Of a stretch of DNA of 4,498 nucleotides, positions 1 to 4,498 are shown in pieces. Source of the stretch: a virus (Duplodnaviria > Heunggongvirae > Uroviricota > Caudoviricetes); IMG/VR virus record IMGVR_UViG_2703718848_000008. One strand, given 5' to 3'. A program made the position numbers and the translations under genes. The notes under the pieces were generated by a model. The model was not told where the DNA came from and did no database searches. It saw only the letters and a program-made list of their open reading frames with translations. Position 1 is the stretch's first letter, and each line of letters begins with the position of its first letter.

Positions 1-1
1 C

Positions 2-760
2 GGTGTGCCGGGACTGGACACCAAAGAGGTGGCTGTTGCACTGGCATCAGTCTGTCAGAAGCTGCGCGCTTTCGGGTATATCAGCGCATGGGACTGTAAA
101 ACCATTTCCGAGGTGAAAGCCTACCGTCAGAATTTCAGCCAGCGTGAGCTGATGGTCATCTGGCCGGATTTCCTCGCATGGGATACGGTCGCCAGTACCA
201 CCGCCACCGCGTATGCCACCGCCCGTGCGCTGGGCCTGCGCGCTAAAATCGACCAGGAGCAGGGCTGGCATAAAACGCTGTCCAACGTCGGGGTAAACGG
301 TGTTACCGGCATCAGTGCCTCTGTATTCTGGNNNNNNNNNNNNNNNNNNNNNNNNNNNNNNNNNNNNNNNNNNNNNNNNNNNNNNNNNNNNNNNNNCCGT
401 ACCTGCTCTGATGACCCGCTGTTCCTCTTTGAAAACTACACCCGCACCGCGCAGGTGCTGGCCGACACGATGGCTGAGGCGCACATGTGGGCGGTGGACA
501 AGCCCATCACTGCAACGCTGATTCGCGACATCGTTGACGGCATCAATGCCAAATTCCGTGAGCTGAAAACAAACGGCTATATCGTGGATGCGACCTGCTG
601 GTTCAGCGAAGAATCCAACGATGCGGAAACCCTCAAGGCCGGAAAATTGTATATCGACTACGACTATACACCGGTGCCTCCTCTCGAAAACCTGACCCTG
701 CGCCAGCGTATTACCGATAAATACCTGGCAAATCTGGTCACCTCGGTTAACAGCAATTAA
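2..760 (+). CDS. FI: Contractile tail sheath protein, C-terminal portion (5' end lies upstream of the window; interrupted by N run 332-396)
   Basis: Open frame runs from the window edge (codon phase from nt 2) to TAA at 758-760 and stays in the same frame across the 65-nt N run. It sits immediately upstream of the tail tube gene, as in the P2 FETUD operon. The translated C-terminus (…[67 protein letters not shown]…[11 protein letters not shown]) matches what I recall of P2-family sheath proteins. The 'M' at nt 5 in the ORF track is a GTG inside the gene, not a real start. Confidence 0.85.
   Translation, partial: GVPGLDTKEVAVALASVCQKLRAFGYISAWDCKTISEVKAYRQNFSQRELMVIWPDFLAWDTVASTTATAYATARALGLRAKIDQEQGWHKTLSNVGVNGVTGISASVFWXXXXXXXXXXXXXXXXXXXXXXRTCSDDPLFLFENYTRTAQVLADTMAEAHMWAVDKPITATLIRDIVDGINAKFRELKTNGYIVDATCWFSEESNDAETLKAGKLYIDYDYTPVPPLENLTLRQRITDKYLANLVTSVNSN
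332..396. other. Masked or unknown bases (65 N) inside the sheath gene
   Basis: Direct observation of a run of N. The sheath reading frame is the same on both sides of it. Confidence 0.99.
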
Positions 761-764
761 GGAG
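760..764 (+). promoter_or_regulatory. Shine-Dalgarno (AGGAG) for the tail tube gene, overlapping the sheath stop codon
   Basis: AGGAG lies 8 nt upstream of the ATG at 773 and overlaps the TAA at 758-760. Confidence 0.7.
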
Positions 765-772
765 CCTGACCG

Positions 773-1291
773 ATGGCAATGCCGCGCAAACTCAAGTTAA
801 TGAACGTCTTTCTGAACGGCTACAGCTATCAGGGCGTTGCAAAGTCCGTCACGCTGCCAAAACTGACCCCTAAGCTCGAAAACTATCGCGGTGCGGGGAT
901 GAACGGCAGCGCACCGGTAGACCTCGGCCTTGATGACGATGCGCTGTCAATGGAGTGGTCGCTCGGGGGCTTCCCGGATTCGGTTATCTGGGAGCTTTAC
1001 GCCGCAACCGGTGTGGATGCCGTGCCGATTCGTTTTGCAGGCTCTTACCAGCGCGACGATACCGGCGAAACGGTGGCCGTCGAGGTGGTCATGCGTGGAC
1101 GTCAGAAAGAAATCGACACCGGCGAGGGTAAACAGGGAGAAGACACCGAGTCGAAAATCTCCGTGGTCTGCACCTATTTCCGGTTGACGATGGACGGTAA
1201 GGAGCTGGTCGAAATCGACACCATCAACATGATTGAGAAGGTGAACGGCGTCGACCGGCTGGAGCAACACCGCCGCAATATCGGCCTGTGA
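773..1291 (+). CDS. FII: Contractile tail tube protein (P2 gpFII family), 172 aa
   Basis: Complete ORF from ATG 773 to TGA 1289-1291 with a strong SD. The translation (MAMPRKLKLMNVFLNGYSYQGVAKSVTLPKL…RLEQHRRNIGL) matches my recollection of P2 gpFII almost residue for residue. Size and position (after sheath, before E) fit the family. Confidence 0.92.
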   Translation: MAMPRKLKLMNVFLNGYSYQGVAKSVTLPKLTPKLENYRGAGMNGSAPVDLGLDDDALSMEWSLGGFPDSVIWELYAATGVDAVPIRFAGSYQRDDTGETVAVEVVMRGRQKEIDTGEGKQGEDTESKISVVCTYFRLTMDGKELVEIDTINMIEKVNGVDRLEQHRRNIGL

Positions 1292-1298
1292 TTTTCAT

Positions 1299-1319
1299 CC
1301 GGTCAGCCAGGCTGACCGG
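1299..1319 (+). repeat. Perfect inverted repeat (CCGGTCAGCC-a-GGCTGACCGG) in the FII-E intergenic region; potential RNA stem-loop
   Basis: The 10-nt arms are exact reverse complements, 8 nt past the FII stop. The sequence that follows (TTAATCCCGATTC) is only weakly U-rich, so it is not a canonical strong intrinsic terminator. Confidence 0.6.
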
Positions 1320-1347
1320 TTAATCCCGATTCAGAAGTGAGAAAACC

Positions 1348-1623
1348 ATGAACAAAGAAAATGTCATTACCCTGGAAAATCCGGTCAAACGTGGTGAGCA
1401 GGTCATCGAACAGATCACGCTGATGAAACCCAGTGCCGGGACGCTGCGCGGTGTCAGTCTGGCTGCGGTCGCGAACTCCGAAGTCGATGCACTGATTAAG
1501 GTGCTGCCGCGCATGACTGCACCGATGCTGACCGAGCAGGAAGTCGCCGCACTGGAACTGCCTGACCTTGTGGCGCTGGCCGGTAAGGTGGTCGGTTTTT
1601 TGTCGCCGAACTCGGTGCAGTGA
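1348..1623 (+). CDS. E: Tail assembly chaperone gpE (zero-frame product), 91 aa
   Basis: ORF from ATG 1348 to TGA 1621-1623, preceded by a purine-rich SD-like GAAGTGAG. The translation (MNKENVITLENPVKRGEQVIEQITLMKPSAGTLRG…) matches recalled P2 gpE. It lies directly upstream of the tape measure gene, the usual chaperone position. Confidence 0.88.
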   Translation: MNKENVITLENPVKRGEQVIEQITLMKPSAGTLRGVSLAAVANSEVDALIKVLPRMTAPMLTEQEVAALELPDLVALAGKVVGFLSPNSVQ

Positions 1624-1775
1624 CGTTTCCGAAAAATCTGTCGGTCGATGACCTGATGGCGGATGTGGCAGTGATATTTCACTGGCCGCCATCAGAACTG
1701 TATCCCATGAGCCTGACCGAACTCATCACATGGCGCGAAAAGGCGCTCCGGCGAAGCGGAAACACGAATGAGTAA
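1348..1775 (+). CDS. E+E': Tail assembly chaperone frameshift fusion gpE+E' (-1 slip at 1596-1602; predicted about 142 aa)
   Basis: By hand translation, the -1 frame after the slip reads VAELGAVTFPKNLSVDDLMADVAVIFHWPPSELYPMSLTELITWREKALRRSGNTNE and stops at TAA 1773-1775. The E' frame has no start codon with an SD of its own, so it depends on the slip. This is analogous to lambda G/GT. Confidence 0.78.
1596..1602 (+). promoter_or_regulatory. Slippery heptamer T_TTT_TTG for programmed -1 ribosomal frameshift (E to E')
   Basis: It fits the X_XXY_YYZ pattern in the E frame (TTT = Phe84, TTG = Leu85), 7 codons before the E stop. The -1 frame is open from here to TAA 1773-1775. This matches the frameshift site I recall as experimentally described for the P2 FETUD operon. 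Confidence 0.8.
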
Positions 1776-4145
1776 CAATGTAAAATTACAGGTATTGCTC
1801 AGGGCTGTTGACCAGGCATCCCGCCCGTTTAAATCCATCCGCACAGCGAGCAAATCGCTGTCGGGGGATATCCGGGAAACACAAAAATCACTGCGCGAGC
1901 TGAACGGTCAGGCATCCCGTATTGAGGGATTCCGCAAGACCAGTGCACAGCTCGCCGTGACTGGTCATGCACTTGAAAAGGCTCGGCAGGAGGCCGAAGC
2001 CCTTGCCACACAGTTTAAAAATACCGAACGTCCGACACGTGCTCAGGCGAAAGTGCTGGAATCCGCAAAGCGTGCGGCGGAGGACTTACAGGCGAAATAT
2101 AACCGCCTGACGGACTCCGTTAAACGCCAGCAGCGGGAACTGGCCGCTGTGGGAATTAATACCCGCAATCTTGCACATGATGAGCAGGGACTGAAAAACC
2201 GTATCAGTGAAACCACCGCACAGCTTAACCGTCAGCGTGACGCACTGGCGCGTGTCAGTGCACAACAGGCAAAACTTAACGCAGTCAAACAGCGTTATCA
2301 GGCAGGCAAGGAACTGGCCGGAAATATGGCCTCAGTGGGCGCTGCCGGTGTGGGGATTGCGGCGGCGGGAACGATGGCCGGAGTTAAGTTGCTGATGCCC
2401 GGTTATGAGTTTGCGCAGAAAAACTCAGAATTGCAGGCTGTGCTCGGTGTGGCAAAAGACTCCGCCGAAATGGCCGCGCTACGCAAGCAGGCGCGCCAGC
2501 TCGGCGACAATACCGCAGCCTCGGCAGATGATGCAGCCGGTGCGCAGATTATTATTGCGAAAGCCGGTGGGGATGTTGATGCCATTCAGGCGGCAACGCC
2601 GGTCACGCTGAATATGGCGCAGGCGAACCGTCGCACGATGGAAGAAAACGCCGCCCTGCTGATGGGGATGAAATCCGCCTTTCAGCTTTCAAACGATAAG
2701 GTCGCTCATATCGGGGATGTTCTCTCCATGACGATGAACAAAACCGCCGCCGATTTTGATGGCATGAGCGATGCGCTGACCTATGCCGCACCTGTGGCAA
2801 AAAATGCCGGTGTCAGCATTGAAGAAACCGCCGCAATGGTCGGGGCACTGCATGATGCAAAAATTACCGGTTCAATGGCGGGGACGGGAAGCCGTGCCGT
2901 GTTAAGCCGCCTGCAGGCACCGACGGGAAAAGCATGGGATGCACTGAAAGAGCTTGGCGTGAAAACCTCAGACAGTAAAGGGAATACCCGACCAGTATTT
3001 ACCATTCTGAAAGAAATGCAGGCCAGTTTTGAGAAAAACCGGCTCGGTACTGCCCAGCAGGCTGAATACATGAAAACTATTTTCGGGGAGGAGGCCAGCT
3101 CAGCCGCCGCCGTGCTGATGACTGCCGCCTCAACCGGAAAGCTGGACAAACTGACCGCTGCGTTTAAAGCCTCAGACGGGAAGACCGCCGAGCTGGTAAA
3201 TATCATGCAGGACAACCTCGGCGGTGACTTTAAGGAGTTTCAGTCCGCTTATGAGGCGGTGGGGACTGACCTGTTTGACCAGCAGGAAGGCGCGCTGCGT
3301 AAGCTCACGCAGACGGCCACAAAGTATGTGTTAAAACTCGACGGCTGGATACAGAAAAACAAATCACTGGCGTCAACCATCGGCCTCATTGTCGGTGGCG
3401 CACTGGCGCTTACTGGCATCATCGGTGCCATTGGTCTTGTAGCCTGGCCGGTTATCACCGGCATTAATGCCATCATCGCGGCAGCAGGCGCAATGGGGGC
3501 AATTTTCACGACGGTTGGCAGTGCTGTTATGACCGCCATCGGGGAGATTAGCTGGCCGGTTGTGGCTGTGGTGGCCGCTATTGTCGCCGGGGCGTTACTT
3601 ATCCGTAAATACTGGGAGCCTGTCAGCGCATTCTTTGGCGGTGTGGTTGAAGGGCTGAAAGCGGCATTTGCGCCGGTGGGGGAGCTGTTCACGCCACTTA
3701 AGCCGGTGTTTGACTGGCTGGGTGAAAAGTTACAGGCCGCGTGGCAGTGGTTTAAAAACCTGATTGCCCCGGTCAAAGCCACCCAGGACACCCTGAACCG
3801 TTGCCGTGACACGGGCGTCATGTTCGGGCAGGCACTGGCTGACGCGCTGNNNNNNNNNNNNNNNNNNNNNNNNNNNNNNNNNNNNNNNNNNNNNNNNNNN
3901 NNNNNNNNNNNNNNNNNNNNNNNNNNNNNNNNNNNNNNNNNNNNNNNNNNNNNNNNNNNNNNNNNNNNNNNNNNNNNNNNNNNNNNNNNNNNNNNNNNNN
4001 NNNNNNNNNNNNNNNNNNNNNNNNNNNNNNNNNGGGCGGTACTGCGCCGGGGACACAGCTCGACCGCCAGTTACAGGATGCGCTCGAAAAATACGAGCGG
4101 GATAAACGTGCGCGCGCCCGTGCCAGCATGATGCATGACGGTTAA
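1768..4145 (+). CDS. T: Tail tape measure protein (P2 gpT family); interrupted by N run 3850-4033, with a reading-frame offset across the gap
   Basis: ATG at 1768 overlaps the E' stop (ATGAGTAA). The protein has an N-terminal Q/A/R/K/E-rich segment that looks coiled-coil, and a long Gly/Ala/Ile/Val-rich hydrophobic block (about nt 3367-3603), both typical of tape measure proteins. After the N run, the biologically sensible C-terminus (…GGTAPGTQLDRQLQDALEKYERDKRARARASMMHDG, stop TAA 4143-4145) is in a frame offset by one from the upstream part. The ORF-track end at 4131 is an out-of-frame artefact. Confidence 0.85.
3850..4033. other. Masked or unknown bases (184 N) inside the tape measure gene
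   Basis: Direct observation of a run of N. The length is not frame-compatible with the flanking coding sequence. Confidence 0.99.
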
Positions 4146-4149
4146 GGAG
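4144..4149 (+). promoter_or_regulatory. Shine-Dalgarno (AGGAGG) for gene U, overlapping the T stop codon
   Basis: AGGAGG at 4144-4149 overlaps the TAA at 4143-4145 and lies 10 nt upstream of the ATG at 4160. Confidence 0.75.
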
Positions 4150-4159
4150 GTGACGAAAA

Positions 4160-4498
4160 ATGATGCTCGCGTTAGGTATGTTTGTTTTTATGCGCCAGAC
4201 GCTGCCACACCAGACCATGCAGCGTGAATCAGATTATCGCTGGCCGTCAAATTCCCGTATCGGTAAACGGGATGCCTTTCAGTTTCTCGGTGTGGGTGAG
4301 GAAAACATCACGCTTGCCGGCGTGCTTTATCCCGAACTGACCGGCGGGAAGCTGACGATGACCACGCTCAGACTGATGGCAGAGAAAGGCCGGGCGTGGC
4401 CGTTGCTGGATGGCACCGGCATGATTTACGGCATGTATGTCATCAGCAGGGTGAGTGAAACAGGGAGTATTTTCTTTGCAGACGGCACACCCCGGAAA
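4160..4498 (+). CDS. U: Tail protein gpU (P2 GpU family), N-terminal 113 codons; continues past the window end
   Basis: ATG-ATG start at 4160 with a strong SD, open to the window end. The translation (MMLALGMFVFMRQTLPHQTMQRESDYRWPSNSRIGKRDAFQFLGVGEENITLAGVLYPELTGGKLTMTTLRLMAEKGRAWPLLDGTGMIYGMYVISRVSETGSIFFADGTPRK) matches recalled P2 gpU. It follows T as in the FETUD operon. It is absent from the ORF track only because it has no in-window stop. Confidence 0.85.
   Translation, partial: MMLALGMFVFMRQTLPHQTMQRESDYRWPSNSRIGKRDAFQFLGVGEENITLAGVLYPELTGGKLTMTTLRLMAEKGRAWPLLDGTGMIYGMYVISRVSETGSIFFADGTPRK

Noticed and set aside
5-7. Start codon of the first ORF at nt 5
   Set aside because: It is a GTG inside the sheath gene, which begins upstream of the window. 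The ORF track translates it as M only because of the window edge.
47-484. Reverse-strand ORFs of 145 aa (47-484) and 61 aa (127-312) inside the sheath gene
   Set aside because: They are antisense to a well-supported coding region, span the N run, have low-complexity Gly/Arg/Pro/Ala-rich translations and no SD. These are typical spurious antisense ORFs in GC-rich coding DNA.
930-1270. Alternate-frame ORFs within the tube gene (930-1187 on +, 947-1270 on -)
   Set aside because: They lie fully inside FII, whose frame gives a protein I recognise. Their translations are Arg/Ser/Pro/His-rich nonsense.
1303-1692. Reverse-strand ORFs of 129 aa and 120 aa opposite gene E
   Set aside because: They are antisense to E/E', have no credible start context, and their composition looks non-proteinaceous.
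2207-3821. Several 60-190 aa ORFs in other frames or on the reverse strand within the tape measure gene (for example 2781-3215 and 3249-3821 on -)
   Set aside because: They are Ala/Ser/Pro/Cys-rich antisense translations of a GC-rich gene, with no independent support. The T frame is clearly the coding frame.
4034-4131. ORF-track C-terminus of T ending at 4131 (…AVLRRGHSSTASYRMRSKNTSGINVRAPVPA)
   Set aside because: It is out of frame after the N run. The neighbouring frame gives a plausible tape-measure C-terminus ending at TAA 4143-4145, right at the gpU ribosome-binding site.
3730-4218. Reverse-strand 162-aa ORF and + strand ORFs 3806-4105 and 3818-4129 that run across the N block
   Set aside because: They consist mostly of undetermined codons (X) and owe their length to the absence of stops in the N run.
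1-4498. CRISPR repeats, tRNA or other structured RNA genes, IS elements, toxin-antitoxin or defence cargo
   Set aside because: I found no periodic direct repeats, no terminal inverted repeats bracketing an ORF, and no non-coding stretch longer than 56 nt. All coding capacity is taken by the five tail genes.

Overview
The whole window is one co-directional (+ strand) block of tightly packed late genes from a P2-family (Peduovirus-like) contractile-tail phage or prophage, in the canonical FI-FII-E/E'-T-U order. It holds the C-terminal part of the tail sheath gene, a complete tail tube gene, the small tail assembly chaperone gene E with its -1 frameshift extension E', the tape measure gene T, and the start of tail gene U. 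Gene identities rest on my recollection of the P2 proteins and on gene order, not on a database search. Two N-masked runs (332-396 and 3850-4033) interrupt the sheath and tape-measure genes. I see no rRNA, tRNA, CRISPR array, insertion sequence or integrase, and the intergenic spaces are too short (12, 56 and 14 nt, plus an 8-nt overlap) to hide an extra gene. Despite the prompt, this looks like a well-characterised tail-morphogenesis module, not an undescribed system; the points worth a second look are the programmed frameshift, a frame discontinuity across the second N run, and a perfect hairpin between the tube and chaperone genes.
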